Of a stretch of DNA of 64,000 nucleotides, positions 1 to 9,098 are shown one piece after another. This DNA is from an uncultured Candidatus Saccharibacteria bacterium (GTDB lineage: Bacteria > Patescibacteriota > Minisyncoccia > Phycocordibacterales > CAIRYW01). The stretch lies in NCBI GenBank assembly GCA_964446625.1, contig CAYUPH010000003.1, positions 192 through 64,191 of the forward strand. The letters are read 5' to 3'. The notes under the pieces are model-generated. The model made no database searches. It worked only from the letters and a program-made list of their open reading frames with translations, and was not told where the DNA came from. Positions within the stretch are counted from its first letter, which is position 1, and the number at the start of each line of letters is the position of its first letter. Made by a program: the position numbers and the translations under genes.

Positions 1-125
1 GGCCCCTTATCCCGAGCTCACCCCTCAACTGCCAGAGAAGGGAAGACTCGAATCGTTAGACGATAGGGCCGTACAGTTTCTAAATTTAGCAGAAAATTGA
101 TTTTTAGGCAAAAAAATTCCGCCCC

Positions 126-329
126 TTACGAAGCGGCGAGACGGACTGCGAACCTTCGAAGATATCGATCTGCTACGTGAGCAATTAGGTTCAGGGTGAG
201 AGATTCATTGATTCCACGGTGATAGTGGTCGACTATTTTCTCTGCTATACACTCCGGAATTCCACATTCACACAAGGTATCCAAGACGCTCTGTTCTACT
301 GAATCATTCGAAAAAAGAGGGGTGGTCAT
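126..329 (-). CDS. hypothetical small protein (67 aa)
   Basis: Intact ORF. -10-like TAAAAT sits 9 nt upstream of the ATG. No recognisable motif. Confidence 0.3.
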   Translation of the reverse strand: MTTPLFSNDSVEQSVLDTLCECGIPECIAEKIVDHYHRGINESLTLNLIAHVADRYLRRFAVRLAAS

Positions 330-346
330 ACTGCATAAATTTTACA

Positions 347-380
347 ATAAAAAAATCCCGGAGGCTATGAGCCTGCCGGG
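347..380 (-). terminator. intrinsic terminator (minus strand)
   Basis: Hairpin tcccggaggct-atg-agcctgccggga (11-bp stem), followed on the minus strand by T7. Confidence 0.6.
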
Positions 381-622
381 AATAGATTGAGGACCATCTG
401 AATGTATTTCTCCCCACTATGAGGAGGGGAGGCTGCGGCGGTCGGATGCGGGCCGTTTTTTTGAGCAAACTCATCAGGCGGAAGACCTTTATCGAATTGG
501 TCATCGTCTCTTTCGTTTGCTAAGATGCCTGTAACAGCACACAAACTCCACCTAGATAATTTTCCAAGGGAGCGTCTCATACCGGGAATTTATAATACAA
601 CAGAAAATAAATTACGCAAGCC

Positions 623-982
623 CTAGCGGTGTTTTAGCTTCACGAGGTGAGCGTGGAAGTGAGCAGGAATACTTGTCTTTGCCATACCGGTCAAAATGTA
701 GTCAAAAGACCGGACAAACTTGTTTTCGGTTTTAAGGCGCATAAACTCCTCTTGCTCCTCTCTAGAAAGCTCTGATTCTGTCACATGTCTTTTTGGAAAA
801 ATGATAAGGCTTTCCGAAGCAACGGCATCATAGGGAAAATGATTTTCGACAATAACAAAATGCTTAAATCTTTTTACTACCTGCTGGATTTTTTTGTCGC
901 ATAGAAAACAGGGAACATTTGGGTTCTGCTCGCGGTATTTTTTGTATGCGTTTTCTGTAAGTTTAGTACGCAGGCTTTGCAT
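623..982 (-). CDS. HIT-family (histidine triad) hydrolase
   Basis: C-terminal HFHAHLV matches the HxHxHxx histidine-triad motif. 119 aa. Confidence 0.55.
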   Translation of the reverse strand: MQSLRTKLTENAYKKYREQNPNVPCFLCDKKIQQVVKRFKHFVIVENHFPYDAVASESLIIFPKRHVTESELSREEQEEFMRLKTENKFVRSFDYILTGMAKTSIPAHFHAHLVKLKHR

Positions 983-987
983 ATTGT

Positions 988-1434
988 TTAGAACAAAGAT
1001 TCTACAACTTCTTTTACATCTGCGCCTTCTGCGGTACCTTTTGATTCTTTTATAACTGCGCCCATTAGGATTCCAATTTTAGCTTTGTCAGTAATTTGAA
1101 GCTCGGCTTTTTTTGCTTCTGCAATTTTGCGAATGTCGTCTTTGCTCATGCTTGCAGGGAGGAGGGTCTCGATGACAGTAAGCTCGGCTTTTTCGCTCTC
1201 TGCAAGGTCACTTCGCCCACCTTTTTCGAATTGTTCAATCGAGTCTTTGCGCTGTTTTGCAAGTTTCTTTACAACTGCAAGAGCTTCCTCGTCTGTTAGA
1301 GTGTCCTGTGGTGTGCGTCCCTTAGCTACGAGCTCGTTTGTAAAAGCCGAAAGGATTCCTCGGTAGACAGAGAGTCCAACCGTGTCCTTTGCAATCATTG
1401 ATTCTTTAATCTTTGCTCGAATTTGTTCTTGCAT
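988..1434 (-). CDS. GatB/YqeY domain protein
   Basis: 148-aa all-alpha protein with the typical YqeY pattern (…LSAFTNELVAKG…TDEEALAVVKKLAKQRKDSIEQF…). Confidence 0.7.
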   Translation of the reverse strand: MQEQIRAKIKESMIAKDTVGLSVYRGILSAFTNELVAKGRTPQDTLTDEEALAVVKKLAKQRKDSIEQFEKGGRSDLAESEKAELTVIETLLPASMSKDDIRKIAEAKKAELQITDKAKIGILMGAVIKESKGTAEGADVKEVVESLF

Positions 1435-1507
1435 ATACTTTTTTATTACTGCCTAATTGGGGTTTATTTTAGCATATGAGAGACTTTTGTTATAATCTCT
1501 GGAACAC

Positions 1508-2197
1508 ATGACTAAAGTAAGGTTTCTCCAGTTAAATATCCAGAAGAAAAAGCATCTTGAGAAGGTGTTTCAGTTCATAAAAGAGGGGGATTTTGACCTG
1601 CTTCTCCTCCAAGAAATTTATGAAGAAGATGCAAAAGAGTGGGCAGAAAAACTTGGGTACCATACGTACGTGGCAAAATATACACACCAAGACAAAGATA
1701 CTGTTGTGATTTTTTCGAAGCTTCCTTTTGTAGACAAAGAGGAATACTACCTCATGGCAAGAGAAATGGAGTACAGTAGCGGACCTGGCTACGAGTTTTC
1801 GCTTCTTCGCGCAAATATTGAAGTAGATGGAAAGGAGGTGGTTCTCCTCTCGGCACATTTACCGGTGCATTACCCGGGAGACGAAGTATCGGAGTACCAA
1901 ATGGTGTGTTACAAAAAGTTGAAGCCCCTCCTTGATTCTTTTCCAGAATTTCTCTTTACTGGTGACTTTAATACTCCACGAGGAACTTTCATCTTTGATG
2001 ATATGACTACATATATGACCGATAATATTCCAAAGGAAGTAACAACAACGCTTGATCCTGAGCTTCATAAAGTGGGGAAGTTGTTCGAGTATGTGGTTGA
2101 CGCTGTTTTTACAAAAGGAGGCTATGTGGTTCAGGATGTAAAACTTTTTGAGGGTCTAAGTGATCACAAAGGAATTACTGGAGTGCTTACTGTCTAA
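1508..2197 (+). CDS. endonuclease/exonuclease/phosphatase (EEP) family protein
   Basis: N-terminal LLLLQE and C-terminal SDHKGITGVLTV, which are EEP-fold catalytic motifs. Confidence 0.55.
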   Translation: MTKVRFLQLNIQKKKHLEKVFQFIKEGDFDLLLLQEIYEEDAKEWAEKLGYHTYVAKYTHQDKDTVVIFSKLPFVDKEEYYLMAREMEYSSGPGYEFSLLRANIEVDGKEVVLLSAHLPVHYPGDEVSEYQMVCYKKLKPLLDSFPEFLFTGDFNTPRGTFIFDDMTTYMTDNIPKEVTTTLDPELHKVGKLFEYVVDAVFTKGGYVVQDVKLFEGLSDHKGITGVLTV

Positions 2198-2216
2198 AAG
2201 AGGGTATAATATCTCT

Positions 2217-3290
2217 ATGCAAACAACAACAATAATTCTAATTGTTCTCGCCGCTCTGCTTTTAAACGCAGGGATTGTCTTTTTTCTTGTACGAAAAAAC
2301 AAAGATGAAAAAAAAGAGGATTCAGGTGGACTGTCGCTTATACTTTCTCAACTGAACGAATTGTCACGAGTAGTTGATTCAAAAATTACAGAAAATGCTC
2401 GTGATGTGCAGGATTCGCTTCGTTTCCAAAGTACACAGTCAATTCGAATTATTCAAGAAGTAACAGAAAAGCTCGCAAAACTCGACGAAACCAACAGACA
2501 GGTTGTGTCTGTTGCGGGGGAGCTTCAGAGTCTTCAAGATATTCTAAAAAATCCAAAGCAAAGAGGAATCCTCGGTGAGTATTATCTTGAAACACTTCTT
2601 AAAAACGTTCTGCCTCCAGGCTCGTACGAAATGCAGTACAAACTTGGAAAAGACGAAGAGGGAAGAGACCTTATACCGGACGCAGTCGTGTTTGTAAAAG
2701 ACAAGATTATCCCCGTTGACTCAAAGTTTAGTCTCGAGAATTACAACAAAATTGTCGAAGAGAAAAATCCTGCGGAAAAAGAAAGGCTTGAAAAAGTTTT
2801 TGTAAACGATTTGAAAAACAGAATTGTCGAGACATCAAAATATATTCAGCCGAGCTCTGGAACAATGGATTTTGCTTTTATGTTCATTCCACACGAAGCG
2901 ATTTATTATGACCTACTCGTGAACACTATTGGTGCCCTTAAAGAAGAAACAGAAAACCTCATTCAGCGCGCTGCGTCAAAGTACAAAGTGATTATTGTGT
3001 CTCCAACGTCTTTCCTTGCATATCTCCAGACAGTGCTTCAGGGGCTAAAGGCAATGCAGATAGAGGAGGAGGCAAAGGATATTGTAAAAAGGGTAGGAGA
3101 ACTAACACTACACCTCAAAAAGTACGCAGAGGTTCACGACAAGCTCGGTAGGTCTATTGCAACGGTAGTAAACCAGTACACTGACTCGTCAAAGGAGTTT
3201 AAGAAAATAGACAAGGATATAATGCGAATTACAGAGGGGGGCGAAAAGATTGGCTACGAGCCTATAAAGCTGGATAAGCCAGAGGAGTAG
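2217..3290 (+). CDS. rmuC: DNA recombination protein RmuC
   Basis: N-terminal TM helix, then a coiled coil, then the conserved C-terminal block (YKVIIVSPTSFLAYLQTVLQGLKAMQIEE). Start moved to MQTTT, internal to the track ORF. Confidence 0.7.
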   Translation: MQTTTIILIVLAALLLNAGIVFFLVRKNKDEKKEDSGGLSLILSQLNELSRVVDSKITENARDVQDSLRFQSTQSIRIIQEVTEKLAKLDETNRQVVSVAGELQSLQDILKNPKQRGILGEYYLETLLKNVLPPGSYEMQYKLGKDEEGRDLIPDAVVFVKDKIIPVDSKFSLENYNKIVEEKNPAEKERLEKVFVNDLKNRIVETSKYIQPSSGTMDFAFMFIPHEAIYYDLLVNTIGALKEETENLIQRAASKYKVIIVSPTSFLAYLQTVLQGLKAMQIEEEAKDIVKRVGELTLHLKKYAEVHDKLGRSIATVVNQYTDSSKEFKKIDKDIMRITEGGEKIGYEPIKLDKPEE

Positions 3291-3317
3291 AATAGGTGAA
3301 AAAAGGTGATTTTAGTC

Positions 3318-3361
3318 CTCCTTTCTACTTTTTCCTTTCTACCTTCTACTACCCGCCCCCA
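3318..3361. repeat. GTAGAA/TTCTAC short-repeat cluster, copy A
   Basis: cctTTCTACtttttccTTTCTACcTTCTACtacc. Shares a 20-mer (gtagaaaggaaaaagtagaa on the opposite strand) with copy C. Confidence 0.6.
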
Positions 3362-3364
3362 GGG

Positions 3365-3400
3365 TTGCATTTTTTGGGGAAATTAGATAATATATAGCCC
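3365..3400 (+). promoter_or_regulatory. sigma70-like promoter TTGCAT-17-TAATAT, leaderless for rplU
   Basis: -35 at 3365-3370 and -10 at 3388-3393. Only 7 nt separate the -10 from the ATG at 3401. Confidence 0.5.
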
Positions 3401-3754
3401 ATGCCTAAAACAGCAACAAAAACACAAAAAACAGACGAATTTGCAGTCATTGCAACCGGAGGAAAGCAGTACAAGGTTTCTGTTGGTGAATCTGTAAAAA
3501 TAGAGAAAATTAAGGGTGACCTAAAGGAAGGGGACAAGGTAGTTTTTGACAAAGTTCTCCTTGTTGATGATGGGTCAAATACTACTATTGGAGAACCTTA
3601 TATTTCTGGAGCTCTTGTAGAGGCAACAATCGCTAAAATCGGAAAAGGAAAGAAGGTGGTTGGAATGCGATACAAGCAAAAGTCTCGTTCTGGAGGTACA
3701 AAATTTGGCCACAGACAGCCTTTCTTTGAAGTCACAATCAACTCAATCAAATAA
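3401..3754 (+). CDS. rplU: 50S ribosomal protein L21
   Basis: FAVIATGGKQYKVSVGESVKIEKI… is the L21 signature. Confidence 0.9.
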   Translation: MPKTATKTQKTDEFAVIATGGKQYKVSVGESVKIEKIKGDLKEGDKVVFDKVLLVDDGSNTTIGEPYISGALVEATIAKIGKGKKVVGMRYKQKSRSGGTKFGHRQPFFEVTINSIK

Positions 3755-3761
3755 TACTCAA

Positions 3762-3792
3762 AAAACCGCCCCTCTGGCGGTTTTTTGTTTTA
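3762..3792. terminator. bidirectional intrinsic terminator
   Basis: A5-ccgcccctctggcgg-T6: GC-rich hairpin flanked by A and T runs. Confidence 0.7.
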
Positions 3793-3933
3793 TGTGGTAT
3801 GGTGCAGAGGCATGAGAAATATACTAATACTTTCTGGTGCAGTGTTCCTGTGTTGGGAAGGGTGCGAGCTCCTAAAAAAGTTTATCAACTTTTGGTTCGC
3901 ACAGCAGTAAATCACAGCCCATCTAGCGCTTCG

Positions 3934-4545
3934 CTAGTGGGCTTTTTTATTCTGTAAGGCAAATCGAAGGGTCTCTTTGTCAGCATATTCGAGCTCAGAG
4001 CCAGTCGAGAGTCCACGCCCGAGCTCAGAGATAGTAAGCCCAAAGTCTCTTAAAATTGTCTCAAGGTAAGCCACTGTGCTTTCACCGTCATGGTTTGTAC
4101 TAAAGGCAAGAATAACTTCGCGAAGGGATTCAGTTTCTTTCATAGAGACGACGAGTTTTAGTAGCTCGCTTTGGCGAATCTTTTTTGCTGGTTCTTTTTC
4201 GAGAACGGGAACAATTCCTCCGAGAATAAAATACTTGCCTTTATAAGCTCCGCTTTTTTCAATAGAAATCATGTCGCTGTCTTTTGCGACAATCATAAGT
4301 TGTCCGGTTTGCCTTGAAGAGTCTCTGCAAATGCTACATGCTTTTTCACCTGCCTTTGGTTCAAAAAATCTTTTGCATTTTTCACAAAGGAAGACTGCTT
4401 TTTGTGCATCCCGAAGGAGGGAAGAGAGTTCGTTTGCATACGAGGTTCCGCGCCCGACAACATAGTACGCAAAACGCCGCGCTTGCCGGGGTCCAATGCC
4501 GGGAAGCTGTCTAAATGCCTCAACTAATTTCTCAAAACTGTCCAT
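3934..4545 (-). CDS. recR: recombination protein RecR
   Basis: N-terminal HhH (LPGIGPRQARRFAYYVV), a C4 zinc finger (CEKCKRFFEP…CSIC) and a Toprim region. Confidence 0.9.
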   Translation of the reverse strand: MDSFEKLVEAFRQLPGIGPRQARRFAYYVVGRGTSYANELSSLLRDAQKAVFLCEKCKRFFEPKAGEKACSICRDSSRQTGQLMIVAKDSDMISIEKSGAYKGKYFILGGIVPVLEKEPAKKIRQSELLKLVVSMKETESLREVILAFSTNHDGESTVAYLETILRDFGLTISELGRGLSTGSELEYADKETLRFALQNKKAH

Positions 4546-4557
4546 CTGTGGAAAACG

Positions 4558-5940
4558 CTAAAAGACCTCGTCTTTTATAAAATCTGAAATGTTGCTCTTT
4601 TCGAGGTTGAGGAATGTTGTTCTTTCTCCGTCAAAGAAGAGTTCAATAGAACCAACAGGTCCGTTTCGGTGTTTGTCTATGTGTATTTGAGCAATGTTTT
4701 GTCTTTCGGTGTTTTCTCGGTATTTGTCTTCTCTGTGGATGAACATAACAACATCGGCGTCCTGCTCGATAGAACCAGAGTCTCGAAGGTCTGAAAGTTT
4801 TGGTCGTCCGTCTCCTCCTCTTTTTTCTACGTCTCGAGATAGCTGTGAAAGAGCGAGAACAGGAACTTTGAGCTCACGAGCGAGTTGCTTAAGAGACCTT
4901 GAAATTTCTGTTACTTGCTGTACGACGTTGTCATTGTGTTTGCTTGAAGTTGGGGTCATGAGTTGTAGGTAGTCGACGATAATTAGCCCAAGACCTTTTT
5001 CTCTTTTTAGTCTTCGCGCAACTGCACGCATTTTTAGAATATTGTTTCCGGCCTGGTCGTCAATAAAAATTGGAGCAGCAGAAAGTTTGTCGAGGGCGTT
5101 TCGAAGGTTTGCAAAATCTTCGTCGCGCGACAGCTTTCCTGTACGAAGTTTCCATGAATTGACGCGCGACTCAGCTGCAAGCATACGATCAACGAGCTGT
5201 CCTGAACTCATTTCAAGAGAAAAGATTCCAACTGGCACACCGTGCTGTGTTGCTGCTTGGCGAGCAATATCGAGTGCGAGCGCTGTCTTACCCATTGAAG
5301 GTCTTGCGGCAAGAATAATGAGGTCAGAAGGCTGAAGTCCAGAGAGCATGCTGTCGAGATCTTTAAAGCCCGTTGGAATTCCTCGAAGCTCGCTTCCTGA
5401 TTTGTGTAGAGCATCGATTCGGTCCCATGCTTCACCAAGAGTGTCTTTGATTGAGATAAATTTTTGCGTTGTACTGCTGTTAGAGATCTCGTAAATACTC
5501 TTTTCGGCGATGTCCATGATCTCGTCTATTGCATTTTCTTCATCGTAGCCGAGTTCGTTTATGTGCTCTGAGACTTCGATGAGTCTTCGAAGCATTGCTT
5601 TCTTTTGAACGATTTCTGCGTAGTGGCGAGAGTTTCCTGCAGAAGGGACCGAGTGAATCATTTCAGCTAAGTAACTTCGTCCACCAATGTTTTCAAGCTT
5701 TCCTTTTTCTTCGAGTTTGTTTGATACAGAAAGGAGGTCAATCGGTTCTGATTTTTCGGTCAGTTCAATCATCGTTTTATAAATAAAACGATGTTTATCT
5801 GCATAAAAAGAGTCAGGAGTAATAATGTCCACAATGTCGTGGATTGCTTCGGGCCTGATCATAATGCTCCCTAAAAGTGCCTGCTCGCTGTCGAGACTTT
5901 GTGGAGGAACTTTCAAAATTTTGCCACCTTGCTTTGCCAT
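4558..5940 (-). CDS. dnaB: replicative DNA helicase DnaB
   Basis: DnaB N-terminal domain, Walker A GARPSMGKTALAL, and RecA-like motifs. 460 aa. Confidence 0.9.
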   Translation of the reverse strand: MAKQGGKILKVPPQSLDSEQALLGSIMIRPEAIHDIVDIITPDSFYADKHRFIYKTMIELTEKSEPIDLLSVSNKLEEKGKLENIGGRSYLAEMIHSVPSAGNSRHYAEIVQKKAMLRRLIEVSEHINELGYDEENAIDEIMDIAEKSIYEISNSSTTQKFISIKDTLGEAWDRIDALHKSGSELRGIPTGFKDLDSMLSGLQPSDLIILAARPSMGKTALALDIARQAATQHGVPVGIFSLEMSSGQLVDRMLAAESRVNSWKLRTGKLSRDEDFANLRNALDKLSAAPIFIDDQAGNNILKMRAVARRLKREKGLGLIIVDYLQLMTPTSSKHNDNVVQQVTEISRSLKQLARELKVPVLALSQLSRDVEKRGGDGRPKLSDLRDSGSIEQDADVVMFIHREDKYRENTERQNIAQIHIDKHRNGPVGSIELFFDGERTTFLNLEKSNISDFIKDEVF

Positions 5941-6026
5941 GTCTCTATTTTACATCTTCCGCATGGCTTTCGCGAATAGACAAAAGAGGATTTTGTGTGG
6001 GCAGTTTGGGGAAAACTTTCGGGGGT

Positions 6027-6062
6027 TTGAAATAAGGCATTTTTCCTATATAATTTCCACTT
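6027..6062 (+). promoter_or_regulatory. sigma70-like promoter TTGAAA-16-TATAAT, leaderless
   Basis: -10 at 6049-6054. ATG at 6063, so TSS is predicted at or next to the start codon. No SD. Confidence 0.5.
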
Positions 6063-6746
6063 ATGAAAGCAGTAATACTCGCAGCAGGCAAGGGGACGAG
6101 GATGGGAGACCTCTCAAAAGAGACTCCTAAACCTATGCTCAAAGTCCTCGGAAAGACTCTAATTGAACATAAACTTCTTTCGCTTCCTGAAAGTGTCACA
6201 GAGGTGGTTATTGTTGTCGGGTACCTCAAAGACAAAATTGTTGACGTGCTCGGAAGTGAATATGCGGGCAAAAAAATCGTATATGTTGTCCAGGAAGAAT
6301 TAAATGGTACTGCAGGAGCTTTGTTTTGTGCGAGAGACATTTTGCAAGGAGAAGAAAAATTTCTTGTACTAATGGGTGACGATATTTATTCAAAGGAAGA
6401 CATGGAGGAGTGTATAAAGCACGACTATGCAATTTTGATTCGAGAGACTGATAATTTGCAGGGAAGAGCAAAAGTTGTTTTTGACGGCGAGGGGCATATA
6501 AAAGATATTCTCGAGAAATATCCCGATCCGGTTTCTGGTTTTGTTTGTACAGGCATGTACACAATCACTCCAAAGATTTTTGAATATACACAAGTTGGAA
6601 TTCCTGGTGGCGAGCTTGGTCTTCCACAAACAATTCTTTCTATGAAAGATGAAGTCAAAATAAAAGCAGTTCAGTCACGTTTTTGGCTAAACATTACGTC
6701 ACCAGAAGATTTAATTATTGCTGAAACTTTTCTAAAGATTGATTAG
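6063..6746 (+). CDS. sugar-phosphate nucleotidyltransferase
   Basis: N-terminal MKAVILAAGKGTRMG…PKPML nucleotidyltransferase motif. Confidence 0.6.
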   Translation: MKAVILAAGKGTRMGDLSKETPKPMLKVLGKTLIEHKLLSLPESVTEVVIVVGYLKDKIVDVLGSEYAGKKIVYVVQEELNGTAGALFCARDILQGEEKFLVLMGDDIYSKEDMEECIKHDYAILIRETDNLQGRAKVVFDGEGHIKDILEKYPDPVSGFVCTGMYTITPKIFEYTQVGIPGGELGLPQTILSMKDEVKIKAVQSRFWLNITSPEDLIIAETFLKID

Positions 6747-8102
6747 TTTTTGACTACCGTCCTTTTGGTCAAGAACACTAAAACCTTCATTTTTGATTTG
6801 TTCTCGAAGTGAGTCTGCAAGAGCATAGTCTTTGTTTGCTTTTGCAGCGCTCCTTTTGTTTAAAAGCTCTTTTACTTTTTCAGGAACATTTAATTCTTCA
6901 GAGAGTCCGAGTGACAGGACGCTATCAAGACGAAGAAGGGTTGCTTTTTTCTCTCCAGGACTTAGGTCGCTACGGAGTAAATCAAATATAAGCGCCACAG
7001 CTTTTGGTGTGTCTAAGTCATCATTTAGAAACTCCTTACATTTTTCAATATAGTTTTCCGAAGCTTCACCTTCCTCGTTCGTGCTTTGTACGAAGTCTTT
7101 TATTTTTTTGTGTGCAACACCCGCAGCCTCAAGCGCTTCAAAAGAAAAATCAATACGAGTTGAATACTTTGCGGTAAGGAGCCAGTAACGATACGCAAGA
7201 GGGGAGATCCCTTTTTCTTTGATGCTACCTAGAGTTACGAAATTTCCCTCGCTTTTTGCCATTTTTCCATTTTGGATTGTGAGGTGGTTATTGTGCATCC
7301 AAAAGTGTGCGATGGGGCTACTATCTCCTGTGTACGCTTCTGCCTGCGCGATTTCGTTGTTGTGGTGCACTGCAATGTGGTCAATTCCACCTGTGTGAAT
7401 ATCAAATTTGTTTCCAAGGTGCCCGATACTAATTGCAGAACACTCAATGTGCCAGCCCGGAAACCCTTTTCCAAAAGGTGCGTCAAATCCGACGTCACCG
7501 TCTTTAGAAAATTTCCAAAGAGCAAAGTCTTTTGGGTCTTTCTTTTCAGATTCGACGCCAACGCGCGAATGTTCTTCTGAGGCGGAAAATCCAAGTCTTC
7601 CGTAGTCTGGAAGTTTTGCTGTATCAAAATAAATTCCATCGCTTATTTTGTATGTAAAACCTTTTTCATTAAGCGCCACAATCATTTTTATTTGCTCTGC
7701 AATCTCACTTGTTGCAGAGATGAGTTCAGAAGGAAGTGCAATATTTAAATCACCTAAATCTTTTAGAAAAAGGTCTGTATATTTTTTTGCTATGGTAGCA
7801 AGGGACCCCAGTGTCATAGGAAGGCCTTCTCGTTTAACTGCTTTTACCATCTTGTCGTCGCCCTGGTCCGCATCGTCAGAGAGGTGACCGATGTCAGTTA
7901 CATTCATAACCTGTTTTACTTTAAGACCGTTGAATTCCAAAGTCTTTCGTAGAATATCAGTAAAGACATAGGCTCTCAGGTTCCCAATATGAGCAAGGTT
8001 ATAAACTGTTGGTCCACAAGAATACATCCGTACTTCTCCCGGAGTAAGGGGTTTAAAAGGTTCCTTCTTTTTTGTGAGAGTGTTATATAAGAAAATCTCC
8101 AT
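6732..8102 (-). CDS. cysS: cysteinyl-tRNA synthetase
   Basis: HIGH-type motif region (CGPTVYNLAHIGNLR) and KMAKSEGN (KMSKS). 456 aa. Confidence 0.9.
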   Translation of the reverse strand: MEIFLYNTLTKKKEPFKPLTPGEVRMYSCGPTVYNLAHIGNLRAYVFTDILRKTLEFNGLKVKQVMNVTDIGHLSDDADQGDDKMVKAVKREGLPMTLGSLATIAKKYTDLFLKDLGDLNIALPSELISATSEIAEQIKMIVALNEKGFTYKISDGIYFDTAKLPDYGRLGFSASEEHSRVGVESEKKDPKDFALWKFSKDGDVGFDAPFGKGFPGWHIECSAISIGHLGNKFDIHTGGIDHIAVHHNNEIAQAEAYTGDSSPIAHFWMHNNHLTIQNGKMAKSEGNFVTLGSIKEKGISPLAYRYWLLTAKYSTRIDFSFEALEAAGVAHKKIKDFVQSTNEEGEASENYIEKCKEFLNDDLDTPKAVALIFDLLRSDLSPGEKKATLLRLDSVLSLGLSEELNVPEKVKELLNKRSAAKANKDYALADSLREQIKNEGFSVLDQKDGSQKLINL

Positions 8103-8105
8103 CTG

Positions 8106-9005
8106 CTATAGCCATTTCTTGTAGCTGAAGTATCCAATAAAGGACGCCACCAGAGCAAGCATCATGAGAATAATAATCCAAAAGTCCCCTTTAAGTCCAA
8201 TTATCGGCATTGTTTCAGTTCGCATAGCAAAAAGGGCGGCAATGAGGGTGAGAGGAAAAGTACAAAACGCCATCATTGTAAGGCTTTTTATTGCTTCATT
8301 TTGCTTAGAAGAAAGGAGGGAGTCGTTTGTGAGACGGAGTTCATCAAGGAGTTCTTTGTTTGCCTGCATACGCCTTTCAACACGCTGATATTCTGCGGAC
8401 ATGTCGTGAATAAGTCTTTCGTACTTTTCTCCAAGAAAATCTTTAAACGCGCTGTGAAGAGTTACAATTGCTTCGCGGTGAGGAAGAATAGCGTTTCGGA
8501 AACGCAAAATGTCTCGGTGAATTCGAGAAAGCTCTTGTACCATTTTTCTCTCTTCTCCTTTGAAAATAGAAGTCTCGGCTTTGTGGAGTGCGCTACGAAT
8601 TGTGTCGACATCGCGAAGGAGTGAGTGGTAAAGATGTTTTGTGAGTCTGTGAAATAGAAAACCTCCGTTGTTCTCTTCGCTATCCATTTCGCCGAGCGTG
8701 TCACGAAAATTATCAATTTGTTTTACTTTGTCGTAGTGGACGGTTATAAGAAAATGTTCACCAACAATAAAATCAATTTCTTGTCTGTGATCTGCTGTTT
8801 TGTTTTGTGAAAGGATAGGGAAGTGAAGGACTAGGTAGACACAGTTTGGATACACAGACACCGTCTGCTTTGGGGTGGGAGAGAGTAAGTCTTCTGCTGC
8901 TTCTTCGGGAATTTTGTATTCTTCCATGAGAAGTCTAATCTCCCTTTCGTCAGGAGTTCCGACATCTATCCATGTAAGATTTCCAATGTTGTGTGTTTTT
9001 ACCAT
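8106..9005 (-). CDS. corA: CorA-family divalent cation transporter
   Basis: Cytoplasmic coiled-coil domain plus two C-terminal TM helices. The motif region reads AMRTETMP instead of the canonical GMN. Lies 3 nt after cysS. Confidence 0.6.
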   Translation of the reverse strand: MVKTHNIGNLTWIDVGTPDEREIRLLMEEYKIPEEAAEDLLSPTPKQTVSVYPNCVYLVLHFPILSQNKTADHRQEIDFIVGEHFLITVHYDKVKQIDNFRDTLGEMDSEENNGGFLFHRLTKHLYHSLLRDVDTIRSALHKAETSIFKGEERKMVQELSRIHRDILRFRNAILPHREAIVTLHSAFKDFLGEKYERLIHDMSAEYQRVERRMQANKELLDELRLTNDSLLSSKQNEAIKSLTMMAFCTFPLTLIAALFAMRTETMPIIGLKGDFWIIILMMLALVASFIGYFSYKKWL

Positions 9006-9098
9006 TTAGATAAGTATAACAGATTTTTAATGAACAAAACTTCGGGGCTGTTTAAAAGTTTTGTTTGCTTTTTATTTGTTTTTTGAAATAATTAAATT

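Noticed and set aside
1-125. GC-rich ORF-free stretch at the window edge that looks like the tail of a structured RNA (tRNA, RNase P or tmRNA 3' end?)
   Set aside because: No convincing T-loop (GGTTCGANTCC), tmRNA 3' end or RNase P CR motif could be matched on either strand. The window truncation prevents judgement.
304-580. Track ORFs 304-504 and 365-580 on the minus strand
   Set aside because: Low-complexity, Pro/Ala/Arg-rich translations that overlap a strong terminator hairpin. Judged spurious.
382-622. 240-nt gap between the HIT gene and the terminator at 347-380, considered as an ncRNA (tmRNA, SRP or 6S). A CUGAUGAG hammerhead-like heptamer sits on the minus strand at 461-478.
   Set aside because: No tRNA-like domain or tag-peptide frame for tmRNA. 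No GGAAGGAAGCAGC SRP motif. The hammerhead core lacks the partner CGAAA and stem arrangement. The region may be a 3' UTR or a low-complexity small ORF (365-580). Not supportable.
3793-3950. 140-nt segment between the bidirectional terminator at 3762-3792 and the recR stop, considered as SRP/4.5S RNA. It contains GGAAGG and a hairpin plus T6 at 3917-3950.
   Set aside because: The SRP helix-8 consensus (GGUCCGGAAGGAAGCAGC) is not matched. The hairpin overlaps the last recR codons. More simply a recR 3' UTR ending at the bidirectional terminator.
4271-5438. Multiple track ORFs antisense to recR and dnaB (4271-4465, 4293-4523, 4314-4514, 4694-4972, 5042-5335, 5208-5438), and similar antisense ORFs inside cysS, dnaK, rpoA, leuS and others
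   Set aside because: They lie fully within well-supported conserved genes on the opposite strand, have Ser/Arg/Cys-rich composition, and lack start contexts. Spurious.
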